A stretch of 61,747 nt of DNA, the filler included. It is 11 parts of 11 records of this genome, joined end to end, with 100 filler letters (N's around TTAATTAATTAA, not from the genome) between each part and the next. Parts side by side here need not be neighbours in the genome. Positions count along the whole stretch, not along the records: positions 44,314 to 51,043 come from SRR7504441_9893; positions 51,144 to 57,883 come from SRR7504441_9896; positions 57,984 to 61,747 come from SRR7504441_9904; 8 more parts are not named here. The stretch is one strand, 5' to 3'. A program made the position numbers and the translations under genes. Position 1 is the first letter of the stretch, and every line of letters starts with the position of its first letter. The notes beneath the pieces were generated by a model, which did no database searches, was not told the DNA's origin, and saw only the letters and a program-made list of their open reading frames with translations. Of the stretch, positions 50,381 to 61,747 are shown one piece after another.

Positions 50381-51043
50381 GCATGCTAATGTCCTACACC
50401 CTGCCGACCCGCTTTGATCATGGTTTATTCACTGTATGGGCGCACGTTTTGGACAGCAAGAAAAATGGCTATGTTTGCGTTGGAATGCTGGGCACGTGGC
50501 TGCCAGTCATGAGTGGCAGCACGCTGCAAATCTGGGAGAGGGAGTATGGCCAATTACTGACTTGGGGTGCCATCAACACTTTCAGCTTCTACACTGCAAT
50601 CGGGATTCATACTGAATGCCTGCTGCGCAGCTTCGCGAAGCTCATGCCCATATGAAGTCTCCACACCAAGTCCTCCACGATACGTATCCACTGGCAGGCA
50701 CAAGGTGTGGTGCAATCATGGTATGAATCCACACGTTCTGCACACGCGCTTTACATGTCTGGTTCCATAATGTATGTGATTTTTAATATATTATAATAAT
50801 ATATTGTATTAATATATGATATCGTTAAGTACATGTACGACTCGGACATGTACTGTACCCGCAACCGCGAGACGGCCAGGGTACTTTACAGTGTGTAAGG
50901 TGCATGCGTTGAGGATTCTTCACCACGCCACGAACCTTTACCAGGGAACGCAGTTCCTCTATGCCACGATGGGTGTCGGGGGTCCGTTGTTCAGTCCCAT
51001 TGCCTGGCTTGGGCTGAACACAGCTGCCTCGGGCACATTCTCA

Positions 51044-51143
51044 NNNNNNNNNNNNNNNNNNNNNNNNNNNNNNNNNNNNNNNNNNNNTTAATTAATTAAN
51101 NNNNNNNNNNNNNNNNNNNNNNNNNNNNNNNNNNNNNNNNNNN
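51044..51143. other. Artificial contig spacer
   Basis: N-run + TTAATTAATTAA. Confidence 0.98.
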
Positions 51144-51681
51144 CGGCCCGTCCGAGCTGCTGCGCGGCCCGCTCGGCTCGCTGGGCGAGGGCGTGGCCGG
51201 GGTGCGCTGCGGCGGGCAGACCGTCCAGCTGTTCCCCGGGGCACTGGGTGCGTTCCAACGGCTGCTGGCCGGAGAGTACGGCAGCGAGATCCGAGTGGCT
51301 GCGGCCTCGTCGGCCGACACGCCTAAGGCAGCGCGCATCGCGCACGAGTGCCTGGGGGCGCTGGAGGTTGCCCCCGGGGTGAGTGTCAAGCAAGCGTTCG
51401 CCACGATCGGGGGCGGGTTCGGTGATGAGCGCAACCTGCAGATCGGCCGCACCCGGCCGCTGTCGAGCGACAAGGCGGCGACTCACTTCCCGATCCTGCG
51501 GGAAGGCTGCCAGATAGACTATGATCAGATGCTGTTCTTCGACGATTGCAACTGGACAGACCATTGTGCTGAAGTCGGTCGGCGGTGCAAGGGAGTGACA
51601 TGCGTTCGGACACCGAACGGGTTGACTGCGGAGGAATGGGAACGCGGGATGCGCGAATATGCAGAGAGGCACCAAAGCTAG
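51144..51681 (+). CDS. MDP1: Magnesium-dependent phosphatase 1-like HAD phosphatase (5'-truncated)
   Basis: LFPG, AASS..TP, K..HF, YDQMLFFDD, GLT.EEW..G motifs. Confidence 0.75.
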
Positions 51682-52016
51682 CTGCATAAAAGCTATTAGA
51701 GCACCTAATCATTTACAGACAGTTGAATCTTATCTGACGTGATTTAGATCTGATTGGTCCCTAATGCCAGTATACATGTAGCGGGCACCAGAGGCCTAAA
51801 TATTAGAGGCCAAAGGTAGGCCAACGGTCGTAAGCATGCTTGTAGTTATATTGTAGTTAGATAATAAACTTCGCATTAATTATTTGAATCTCAAAATTAA
51901 TTTGTTCGGACCGAATTTCTTCACGCAACAAAATTAAAACAAGACAAACATATGCATGCAAGAGCGAGCGGAGCGAGCAAGACTCGCAGATTATAGTCTG
52001 TACAGCTATAGCACAG

Positions 52017-55000
52017 CTAGCGGCCTCCCAGCGCCGGGCGGAAGGCCTTGCTGCCAGCCTTGAGCATATCCCCAGTCACTCCACCAACAAAGTTAGCCAC
52101 TTGTCTCTGCATTCTGGCCGCGGCGCCATCCTCTTCGCTTTCAAACGCCCGAGCCTGTCGCAACCAATAAGACCACCCACAGCAGGCCCTCCACCTGAGC
52201 TCGCAGGTCTTGCTGTTGCCAGACCATGATTGCGTCCTCTGGCCAGCGACTGCTGATCCAGCCTTGGACCGCACCATCACCTGCAGCCGGCCTCACAGCG
52301 CGCACAAGCTGACAGCCACCTGATGCCACCCATCCGAGCGTGAGCGCTGCTGTGGCATAGTCGGCGTGAACAATGCTCGAGATCGGGGATGGGAGCTCTG
52401 TGATCACCGAAAGTACCGTGTGGGTCTGTGCGCACAGAGACTGCACCAGGCCATCTACGCTCCCAATCCAGACCTGCCCAGCCCAGATTAGCATGCTGTG
52501 CTGGGTGGGCCTGCACCTCACGGTCGCCATTCCATGCCAGCGCTGTGATCGGGCTTGCGACTGGTCCAATGGTAGCAGAGCTTGAGGGCTCCTTCGATTC
52601 TCCACTAAATAAATTGACTGAAATCGACTTGTCACACACTGCCCACAAGGACTGGCCACACACGCTCCCGACCCAGCACACGGCGCTCACAGGGCCCAAT
52701 GCGCCCAGTGTAGTGACTGCCGACTGTTTGATTGGGTCCAGCCCGACCAGTCCAGCCTCCCCCCCCAGCCACATCAGCCCGGTGGCTGGGCCGTCCACTG
52801 CACAATCCCAGATCTTGTGGTTGCATATAAACCTATTCGACTCGGGAGTCCCCCCAAATGCAGCAATGTGAAACGGCTCTGTTTGCCAGTATACCAACGC
52901 GCCGTCTGATGACCCTGACAGCACTCCTGCTGGATGAGAGCGAGTTGCAATAAACTTGATTTCAGCAATGTGGTGAGAGAGTCTCGGCCGTGCAGACCCA
53001 TCATAGTTGCACCGTTCAATTGCGCCAGAGCTGCAACCCAGCCACACCTCTGAACCTGTGTCGCAAGCCACCAGCACTTTGGCTGTCTCGATCGGATGCG
53101 CCACAGAACAAGCCTCGTCACCTGTAAGCAACCCTGTCACTTTTGTGGGCTGATGGGCTAAGCACCGCTTGAAGTGTCCCACATCGTGATCCAGTTTGTG
53201 GCTGTTCCAGTGCGCCAAACTTGCAACCCCTCAGCCACTGAGACCAGTTGAGTTTTGTTTCCACTGTCCGCCTCCTTCACGTAGGCCGGTTCGAACATAT
53301 AACTCAGCGAGCTGAACGAGCTCCTGGCATACTGCATCTGGAGCCGTGCCATCAGCTGTGTCGGGACTGCGCCCACTTCGCTGCTATACGCACGGTCCAC
53401 CTAGCCCACCAGCGTCAACCAGCCAGTCAACAGCTGCACACGCACCAGGGCTTGAGGGTTTGACCACTGTGCGGCCACTCTACGGAGCACCGCCACCAGC
53501 CCTGGGCCGGTGGTGGCCTCTATTAGCTCGTCCGCTGCACAAAGCACCACTAGGCATGCCACTCTGAGCAGAATCTTTGGACCGACAATCAGAGCACAGT
53601 CCCAGATCCGACCCAGTGTGTCTGTGGGGAACACGCCGACATAGACGTGTCGAAGCCATTGGGCGAACATCTCTGCCAGTGCCTGTTTGGCTTCGGGCCC
53701 AAGGCTGAGCACGTGATTTCTAACACGAAGCGGCGCTTTGAGCAGGACCAAGTCGAACGTTGCTGAGCCTATTATGGCTGGCATCGCTGACGAGACATGT
53801 AGGGCCGGGAAAACACCAGAGCTGACTGCATGGAAGAAGATCCAGAACGCATCGGTCTCTCGCAGGTAGACCATCATCTGGGCGAGCATTATGTGCATGC
53901 CTGAGCAGTACCCAACTTGGGGCTGCAAAAAGGCAAACGCAGTGAGGATCTGGCGCAGCTGGGCCGCGCCCTTGCACAGGCAGGCTTCAGGCCCCTCCTG
54001 CATCCCATCCACTCATGAGCGGTTCACAGTGATAATGAAGCGCACCTCAGGAACATCCTCCTCCAGCTGAGGCAGGAAGGGCGCCTGGTCCGGCGACTGG
54101 TGCAGGAACTCCAACACCTTCTCGTACGTGACTGACGAGTACTGAGTCTGCATCCGACGGACGATCATGTGGTGCCACGCCTTGATCCGAAGCGACTTGG
54201 GCATCCCACTCAGCACGAGCTTTTTGAGCGCAGTACGCTCGATTGAGTCGTACCTGCCACCAGACAGCTCAGCGGGAGCGGCCGGCGCTCGGCTGACCCA
54301 TTCTTAAACACGTCATTCCAGCCCACGTCGCGCTGCTCCTTCTGATCTTGCGCTCCTTGCAGCGCTTTCTGGATCCGGTGGTCGGCGAGAATGTTGCGCT
54401 CGGCTTCCATCCGCTGCCGCCGCCGCTCCTCCCTCTCTCGCCGTGTGTTCCTTGTGGACCCGACTGAGCCCTTGGCGCCTGTCACGGCCCATCAGCAAAT
54501 CGAGAAACAACGAGTTGGCACCGCCTGATGCATCGCTGGAGGAGGGCCGCCGCGACCGGACATTTGGCGGACTGGCTGGCCTGGTCGCGTTGGCATTGGC
54601 TGCTGAAGGCTGCACGTAGGAGAGGCAGTCCGCAAGCAGCACCACGTTGCTCGCGCACTCTACAAATACCTCCTGGAGGATCTCGTTGCCTTTGTCGTTC
54701 TTGAAAGTGCAGGCCACCTGCGTCCTGCTCAGCCGACAGCACGACAAGCCAGCCACCTGCGCGTCCACTGTCTCTGCAGACGGTGGCCGCAGGTACCAGC
54801 AGTGCAACAAATGGTTGACCAGAGTGCCGATAGCGTCTATGTGCACCGCAGTCACTCCGAACATGAAGAAGCACTCCCATAGCAGCTCGAGCTTGGGCTC
54901 TATCGATGCTTTGGCCAGCAGCACCAGTGCCGCCAGCGAGCTGACTGAGTAACTTGTTTTGGTGGTGCTTGGGGTCGGCACTAGCATAGAGAAGACTTGC

Positions 55001-56855
55001 TTGGCGTTGCCAGGCTCGGGCACCAGCCCGCCAATTATATCGATCAGCTGCTGGTGCGATAACTCCAGCTCACCACTGGACGGTTGCGCAGCGGCCGCAG
55101 CTGCAGCGGTCTCGATCGCGCGTTTGACCTGGGGCAGATCGAGCTGAACCAACTGATGCAGCTCCGCCACCTCCGGTCGGACGCACTTTACCTGCACACA
55201 GCTCGGGCCGATTGGCCGGGCGGGCACCTCGGTTTGAGCAGTCGCCAGCTGCTCCATATGCTCACTGGTGAGCGCGTCGACTTCGTCCTTGGTGAGCGAG
55301 CTGAAGTTGCCATGCGCGGCCGCCACGAGCGAGTCGGCGTCGTAGATCGACACAGCCACCTGTGCCCAGCTTGCACCGGGCGGCGGGCTGGGCGGGCCTT
55401 GTTGATGCACGCGATCATTGTCTCTGGCGAGGTGCACTGCAGGATCTCATCCTTTGCCATGAGGAATATAGACAGAGCCACGCTGCCGCCAGACTCAGCT
55501 GGCGCGAGGGCGCTGGCGGCACCGGAAGAGCGCCAGTCGGCCGTCGATGAAGAACAGATCCCAAACCCGCAAGACTGTCTCAGTAGGGAGGTAGTTTACG
55601 AAGAACGATAGAAACCACTGATTCACGAGCATCGCAACCGACACGCCCGTGGCCTGCATCGCCTCGGCTACCACCTGCGCGCCCAGTCAGCCAGCTGAGT
55701 ACCGGGCCGGTCGACCGGTAGATGGGTGCGCAGCAGCGACTCAAAGACGCGCTCGTCAGTGCGGTTGCCGATCAGGTCTCGCACAAAGTAACTTGGCACC
55801 AGCTTCTCGACGAAGGTAATCATCGACCAGTAGGCGTCCTCTTCCTCGAGCAGCAGCAGCAGCATCCCTGCCAGCCGGTGAGCCGCCCCTCCCGCAGAGC
55901 CGCACCGGCTATGAAATTCATCCCTTGGCAATACCCGATCCGCGGCACTCGGAACGACACAGCCGACAGCACACGGCGCAGCTCCTCGCGGCAGGTGCTC
56001 ATGAACGCCAGGTTGGACGGGAAGGTCCGGTCCACATCCCGGTCGATCTCCTGGGTGGCCGTGGTTACCTGCCGAACGCTGAGCGCCGCCCGCGGAAGGG
56101 CCGCGCCTCTCCAGCGTGCATGTCGAGCAGGTGCGAGTACTGACCGGACTCGGTCCGACTGCCGTGCACCTCCTCGCAGATCCGCCGCCAGGACTGCACC
56201 ACTCCGGCTGAGCCGCGCCCGTCGGGGGCCGCACCTCCGGCCGGAACTCGTCCGGAATTCCGCGCATCGCGTACAACCGGAGCCCTTGGACAGTTGTGGG
56301 CGGCTCGGACTGGGGCTCGCGCGAGAGGAGCCAGGTCAGGCAGGAGTGGGCCCGCCATTCCTCGATCAGACGCTGGGCCTCATCCTCGCTCAACGACAGC
56401 CGCTGCCGGACTGCGTCCCGTAGCACCGGGAACCTGGCGGCCAGTCAGCCGAGCGCTGCCGGGGGGCACCCGTGCGTGTCGACGACCGCATCGGCGTAGC
56501 TTTGGGCAGCGTCCGGGTTGATGGGGTAGTCCCCGAGCCCACTCATCTCGGGGCGGATGAGGAGCAGCTGGCCAGGGCCATTGCAGTTCGTGAAGAAGCC
56601 GTTGCCGTTGGCTTCGCAGCTGATCTCGGGCTCACGCCTGCCTCGACTGCTCGAGCGCACCCGGCAGGCGACGGAGAGGATGCGTGCCCTTCTAACTGCT
56701 CTACTGCTGTGGCCCCTTCTTCTTCTCGCCTCCTCGCAGGCGGCGCTGCGCACGTGCCGGCCGCCCCCACCGTGCAATGCAACGTGCCGCGAGGGCCCAA
56801 CATGCCTGGCGATTGCTGGTATTCCCAGCCGCCGCGACCAGGTCCGTATTCGCAT
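52017..56855 (-). CDS. Large protein with two Rab-GAP TBC domains, an EF-hand-like linker and a C-terminal WD-like region (start approximate)
   Basis: GIPDEFRPE, IDRDVDRTFP, GYCQGMNF, EEEDAYW (TBC1); GMPKSLRIKAW, VGYCSGM, RIWD (TBC2). Many short introns. Confidence 0.7.
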
Positions 56856-57033
56856 GTGTGCACCGACTGAGAATTGCTAATGAAGTGGTGTAGAAGTGGT
56901 GAATTAGTTAAACCTGAAAGGCGCGGGCCAATGCAAGCTTCAATAAAGTGTGCGCAAATGTACCAAGAGCACTATTCACTAACTATTCGCATGCTTTTAT
57001 TGGCAATAACTATAGTACGTAAGGGTCAAGTGA

Positions 57034-57883
57034 TTATTTGATCCGGCCCTCGACCGGTTTATCTCGAAACACCTTCTTCCAGGTCTTGTTGTTCTTCTTG
57101 ACTAGCGTTATCTGCAGCAACCGCTCGCCGGTCTCTTTGTCAAAATCCTTGAGCTCCCAATCCAACTCGTCATCTTCAGTCGGCTGCACGCCACCCTCAC
57201 ACCTGCAGACCTAAAACTACACGCACCGAGATGACGTAGGCCAGAAACCCATCCAGCGCCTGCTCGCCGTGCACCACGGCTCTCAGATTTTGGACCCGGA
57301 GCTTGCGGCCCTCTGAGCCGCTTTCCCACGGCACCACTTTGCTGACCATCTCCACTTGCAAGTGCGCAGGCTTTGTGCCCTTGGGCACCACCACGCTCAC
57401 AACGCAGCTCGATTGATCCTGCCGCCGGCCAATTAGCCAGTCCGCGCCAGCGGCTGCCTGGGACCAAAAGTACTCGTCGGCTCGGCCCCCGTTTTTGGTG
57501 ATGACTTCGTCTGTCATGTGCACCACACGGTTGTGACCCTGGTTTTCGAAATATTTCGCCACATGGCCTGGATGGTCGTTCCAGTCAAAATTCCTGCCCC
57601 AAGCTCAGCCAGCCCGGTCCGGTCCGGCCACTTGGCCTCTTCCTCCCGCTGGGCCTTCACTACTGGGTTCTGGGGGCAGATCCTGTCCGGGCTCGCCGAC
57701 CGGCCGCAGCCGGGCAGTCGCACTCTTCATGCTTCTCAGTGTCCTCGTAGGTGTAGTACTTTGCGTCGCAGTAGTCGCACTGCCACATGTCCTCCGGGTT
57801 GCCCTCCTTGACGGGGACCCACTTCCCTTCGGCGCGCCGCACATCCTCGTACCGCTTAACTCTGGCGTCGAATAGCATCCTTG
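57034..57883 (-). CDS. CS/p23 (NudC-like) domain protein with a C2H-type zinc motif (5'-truncated)
   Basis: CDYC..H...C; YFWSQ/D...VSVVVPKGTK..L.V; DWEL..LQITLVK...W motifs. Confidence 0.65.
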
Positions 57884-57983
57884 NNNNNNNNNNNNNNNNN
57901 NNNNNNNNNNNNNNNNNNNNNNNNNNNTTAATTAATTAANNNNNNNNNNNNNNNNNNNNNNNNNNNNNNNNNNNNNNNNNNNN
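57884..57983. other. Artificial contig spacer
   Basis: N-run + TTAATTAATTAA. Confidence 0.98.
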
Positions 57984-58003
57984 GAAGACTGCACAGGCTG
58001 GCA

Positions 58004-59029
58004 ATGGATCTGCACCTGCCGGCGCGGCCGGGAACGGTGTGCTGGGGCTACCTGGACCCCGCGGCGCCCGACCGGTGCACGGTGCCGCCCGGGGCGCGCC
58101 TGACGGTGCGGACGCTCAACGGCAACCCGGAGGTGCTCCCGCCGGACCCGCTGGCGGCGGGGTGGAGGATCCCGCCGGAGCTGTTCGAGATCCATCGCCG
58201 GGTGGCCGACCGAGTGAGCCCCGGGCACATCCTGACGGGCCCGATCGGGGTGGCCGGCGCGCTGGCCGGGGACGTTCTGGCGGTGGAGATCGTCCGGATA
58301 GAGCTGGGCTGCTGCTGGGCCTGGACCATGTCCCGACCTTACGGCGGCGCGCTCGAGGAGCCCGCACCCAGCCACCTGCGGCACACCCGGCTAGACCCAG
58401 CCACCGGCACCGCCCACCCGGGCTGGGGCGGCCAGCTCGAGCTGCGGCCGTTCTTTGGGGTGCTCGGGACCGCGCCGCCGGCCGAGGTTGGCCGCGTGTC
58501 GTCGATCCCGCCGAGGGCCGAGTTCGGAGGCAATATCGACTGCAAGGAGCTAGTGGCGGGCACCCGGCTGTACCTGCCGGTGCACGTGCCCGGGGCCAAG
58601 CTGTTTGTTGGGGACGGGCACGCGAGGCAGGGAGATGGCGAATGCTGCGGGACTGCCTTGGAGACAAGCCTTGATGGCGAGTTCAGGCTGGCCGTGATCA
58701 AACTGACCCCGGACCGGCCGATCGCCCGGCTGATCCGGCCGCGGGCAGAGAGCGACCGGCTGCTGATCACGCTGGGGTTCGGGTCGACGTTAGAGCAAGC
58801 CGCGAGGCAGGCGATAGGCGACATGCTGAGCTGGCTGGGAGAGCTGGCCCCCGGGCTAGCACGCCAGGACGCCTACCTGCTGCTTTCGGTGGCGGCAGAC
58901 TTGAGGGTCACGCAGCTAGTGAACATGCCGACCAAGGGGGCGCATGTAGTGCTTGAGAAGAAGTGCTTGCCTAACTATCCTAACACTGCCACCGCTATGA
59001 TAACAACGAATATAAAGACCAAGTTGTGA
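58004..59029 (+). CDS. Acetamidase/formamidase family protein, intronless
   Basis: HILTGPI.V.GA..GD.L.V.I, PFFGV, GGNID, GDGHARQGDGE, DAYLLLS motifs. Confidence 0.9.
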   Translation: MDLHLPARPGTVCWGYLDPAAPDRCTVPPGARLTVRTLNGNPEVLPPDPLAAGWRIPPELFEIHRRVADRVSPGHILTGPIGVAGALAGDVLAVEIVRIELGCCWAWTMSRPYGGALEEPAPSHLRHTRLDPATGTAHPGWGGQLELRPFFGVLGTAPPAEVGRVSSIPPRAEFGGNIDCKELVAGTRLYLPVHVPGAKLFVGDGHARQGDGECCGTALETSLDGEFRLAVIKLTPDRPIARLIRPRAESDRLLITLGFGSTLEQAARQAIGDMLSWLGELAPGLARQDAYLLLSVAADLRVTQLVNMPTKGAHVVLEKKCLPNYPNTATAMITTNIKTKL

Positions 59030-59136
59030 TTTAGTTGTGACTTGCGAGGTAGACCACTAAATTACAGCTTTGCTCCACTGGCAACGAACTTTACTTAGTA
59101 TTACAATTTTGCTCACACTTGCAACAACTCGGTTGA

Positions 59137-60393
59137 TTACTTTTTCTTTTTCTTGTCTTTCTTGCCGGATTTGCCAATCTTGACACCTTGCCATCGGCAA
59201 TGGGGCAGCGATGCGAATTGTTTGTCTAACGCCAGATCTGGGCTGCACTCACGGATGTCCACCTGGCTCAGTGACCGGTTCTCGGCCATGCCCTTGGGCA
59301 GCGTCTCCAGCAGCGGATTAAAAGCGACCTGGAACTCCTTGAGATTCCTGAAGGCCCCAAAGGTCATCGGCACCGCCTTGAGATCGTTATGCGACAGATA
59401 CAGCTCCTCCAGCCCCTCCCAGCACGCCATCCGTGGCGGGACCGACCGCAGCCTGTTGTTGGCTGCCGAAAACTTTCTCATCTGCTTCAAGTCGCCAAAC
59501 TCGGGCGGAAGCGTCGTGAACTGGTTCTTGTGCAGAAACAGCTCCTCCAGCTGGGTCAGCTGGGCCATTAGTGCGAGCGGCTCCACGTCGTCCCGTTTGT
59601 TAATTAAATTATTCTGCCCGAGGTAGAGGAACTTGAGGCTCTGTAGCTGGGCAAACTCTGGCGGGAGGCTCTTGATGCAGTTGTCGTTCAGGTTGAGCTC
59701 CTCGAGTAGCACCAGATTCCCGATCTCGGCCGGCAGCTCGTTGATTCCGTTGCAGGCCAAGTTGATGTGCTTGCACGCCCTCCAGCTGCCTATGCTCGCA
59801 GGTACCATGATCAGCTTGTTGGCCCGGGCGTCCATGTGCTCCATCATGGCCCACTGGGCGTCCGGCAGCGCCACGATCTCGTTGTGCATCAGCTTGAGTT
59901 CGCGCAGCAGGTGGCATTCGGCAAGCGAGTCCGGGAAGTTGCTCACGCCGTTCCGCGAAAAGTCGATAAATTTGAGCAGTTTGAGCTGTCCAACGGTGGG
60001 CGGCAGGCCCGAGAGCAGGTTGCGCTGCAGGTACAGCTCCTCCAGCTTGGTGAGGTTGCCCAGTCGGTCGTCGAGCCCCGCGAGCTGGTTGCGTGACAGG
60101 TCCAGCTTCTGGAGAGTGGCGCAGCTGTAGATCGACTCCGGGAGCCCGGTCAGGTTGTTCACGGCCAGGTCTATCCACTCGCACTCGGGCAGACTCCCGA
60201 TCTCCTCTGGGAGCTCGTTCAGCCGCTTGTCCCGCAGGGAGAGGTGGGTCTTGCCCTTCTCGGCGGTCCTCTCCAGTTTGAGCTGGATCTTCTCGTTCTT
60301 CATCTTGTCCAGCTGCCCGCGCACCTCGTCCGCGTACGCCTCCATCTCCGGGGTCATCGGCTCCACCTTGGCCGGCTTGCCCTTCTTCCCCAT
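59137..60393 (-). CDS. Leucine-rich repeat protein (SHOC2/LRRC-like), intronless
   Basis: Continuous 23-aa LPxEIGxLxxLxxLxLxxN repeats with basic termini. Confidence 0.85.
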   Translation of the reverse strand: MGKKGKPAKVEPMTPEMEAYADEVRGQLDKMKNEKIQLKLERTAEKGKTHLSLRDKRLNELPEEIGSLPECEWIDLAVNNLTGLPESIYSCATLQKLDLSRNQLAGLDDRLGNLTKLEELYLQRNLLSGLPPTVGQLKLLKFIDFSRNGVSNFPDSLAECHLLRELKLMHNEIVALPDAQWAMMEHMDARANKLIMVPASIGSWRACKHINLACNGINELPAEIGNLVLLEELNLNDNCIKSLPPEFAQLQSLKFLYLGQNNLINKRDDVEPLALMAQLTQLEELFLHKNQFTTLPPEFGDLKQMRKFSAANNRLRSVPPRMACWEGLEELYLSHNDLKAVPMTFGAFRNLKEFQVAFNPLLETLPKGMAENRSLSQVDIRECSPDLALDKQFASLPHCRWQGVKIGKSGKKDKKKKK

Positions 60394-60486
60394 CCCCCTT
60401 CCTACTTGTACTTACCGGCGCCCACCTCTGCTACAACTCCATTTTTGGCGCGTTGTCCGTTGCGTGTGCTCGCCGGACGGGTGGTC

Positions 60487-60916
60487 ATGGTGTGCCGGGG
60501 CGGGCCGGGCGGGGGCAGTGTGGGGCAGGGGAAGCAGCGGTACTGGTTCTTCGCGAGCGAGACCGTCACCCTGATCGCCAACCCGGGCAAGAAGTACTTC
60601 GAGAACGACAAGGCAACCCGCCGGCCGGCCGGTTGGCCGAGTGCGGGCAGGTTGCCACCGCCGTGTTCCGTTGCTCGCCCGCGATGAAGAAACCGCAGAT
60701 CAAGGAGTACCTCAGCTCGATCTACGGGCTGGACGTGGTCAAGGTCAACACCGCCAACTACGAAGGCACCCCGCCCCGCCTGGCCGGCAGCCAACCCGGC
60801 GCCCAGGCAAAAAGTACTTCAACCAGCGCGCCAACGGCCGGCCCGGCTGGTACAAGCGGCCCGACTGGAAGAAGGCGGTCGTCACCTACAATAAGTCGCC
60901 CGCGCTCGAGAGCTAG
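60487..60916 (+). CDS. MRPL23: Mitochondrial ribosomal protein uL23, 4 exons
   Basis: F...P.M.KPQIKEYL..IYGLDV.KVNT.NYEGK..DWKKAVV; introns 60490-60528, 60613-60650, 60766-60806. Confidence 0.85.
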
Positions 60917-61415
60917 CCGCCGCGGGCAGCGCCGGGGTGCACGTGGTGCCAAGGCGAGTGCTGGGTCTGTGGCAGCGGGCGGCGTCGCCAGAACGAGCCT
61001 CGCGCGGCAGCGGGCGGCAGCGGGCGGCGGCGGCGGCGGCGGCGGCATTCGCAATAGCAAACTATGGGGGAACTAATAAAGACAATTAGAACGTCAAACG
61101 TCACAGGGCGAGTGATGATATCGATTAGTTACGAGTAGACATGTGTCCAATCACTGGGCAGATCGAGTCACTGGGCGGCGCGGCGGGTCTTCGGGCTCAA
61201 TCATCGGCCGGGCGCGAGGTGCTGGGCAGTGGGATTGCGCCACGCTAGTTTAACGCCAGCTGTCCGGAGTGAACACTAGCTATTCTTTACAGTGACCGAT
61301 CTAGAGGAGCGTGTGCGACTCGCTGCAGCACGTTCTGAGCCGTCAGCCTACCCGGGCCCCATCGGCACGCCGGCCGAGTGCAGACCCCCGCCGGGCTGGC
61401 AGCCGGAAGCGCAGC

Positions 61416-61738
61416 TCACTGGCTGGGTTTACTGTGCGGCGAATCCGGGTTATGGTACACCGAGTCGTGCGAGGTGTCGCTGGGCCCGACGTCCCGGCTC
61501 CCGCTGTTTTGCTGCCCGGGGCCTGTCAGCCGGGGGGGCGGGGGGAGGGCTCACGAACTGGCCGCGGACTTTGATCCCGGACTCGTTGTTGGTGAGAAGC
61601 CGCTCGTTCACGTCCTTGCTGCGGCCCGGGCTGGCAGGCGGCCGGGGGCAACGGGCACCGGATCCAGTACGGCACTGTCATCATCCCGACCACCGCCAGC
61701 ATGCAGCCCCCCGCCACCTTGAGGTTAGCTCCACTCAT
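61416..61738 (-). CDS. Small single-TM protein with RGxFxNSGSRDVGP motif (spliced)
   Basis: Hydrophobic N-terminus. Spliced VRGQF/QNSGSRDVGP resembles a small conserved uncharacterised eukaryotic protein family. Confidence 0.5.
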
Positions 61739-61747
61739 CCCCGGTCT

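Noticed and set aside
59137-60393. LRR protein as a partner of the NLR-like gene
   Set aside because: It is on a different contig and is a generic LRR protein, with no evidence of linkage.

Overview
This window is not a contiguous locus. It is 11 short eukaryotic contigs joined by ten artificial 100-nt N-spacers, each carrying a TTAATTAATTAA six-frame stop linker. The DNA is a GC-rich, very gene-dense protist-type nuclear genome with tiny (mostly about 37-55 nt) spliceosomal introns, several of them GC-AG, and head-to-head genes whose start codons are about 40-150 nt apart. Recognisable genes include MAPK15/ERK7, type II pantothenate kinase, mitochondrial uL4 and uL23, a P-type H+-ATPase, a Cid1-like nucleotidyltransferase, MDP1, an acetamidase, GH28, alginate-lyase-like and DUF5695 secreted enzymes, and TBC and LRR proteins. 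The standout is a complete spliced gene at 25630-29199 encoding an NLR-like protein: ubiquitin-like header, CHAT (caspase-like) protease, degenerate NB-ARC/STAND NTPase, an integrated copy of eIF2-alpha domains 1-2, and LRRs. The eIF2-alpha copy keeps the Ser51 equivalent but has lost the KGYID motif and the C-terminal domain. It looks like a decoy-bearing immune receptor guarding translation control. Other unusual fusions are a CH-CH + He_PIG Ig repeats + catalytically dead CNDP2 filamin analogue, tandem SUMO-like + F-box, an E2 with a ~50-aa insert, and an SDR + VDE-like lipocalin. All domain calls come from motif recognition by eye and all exon structures from manual splicing; no searches were run.
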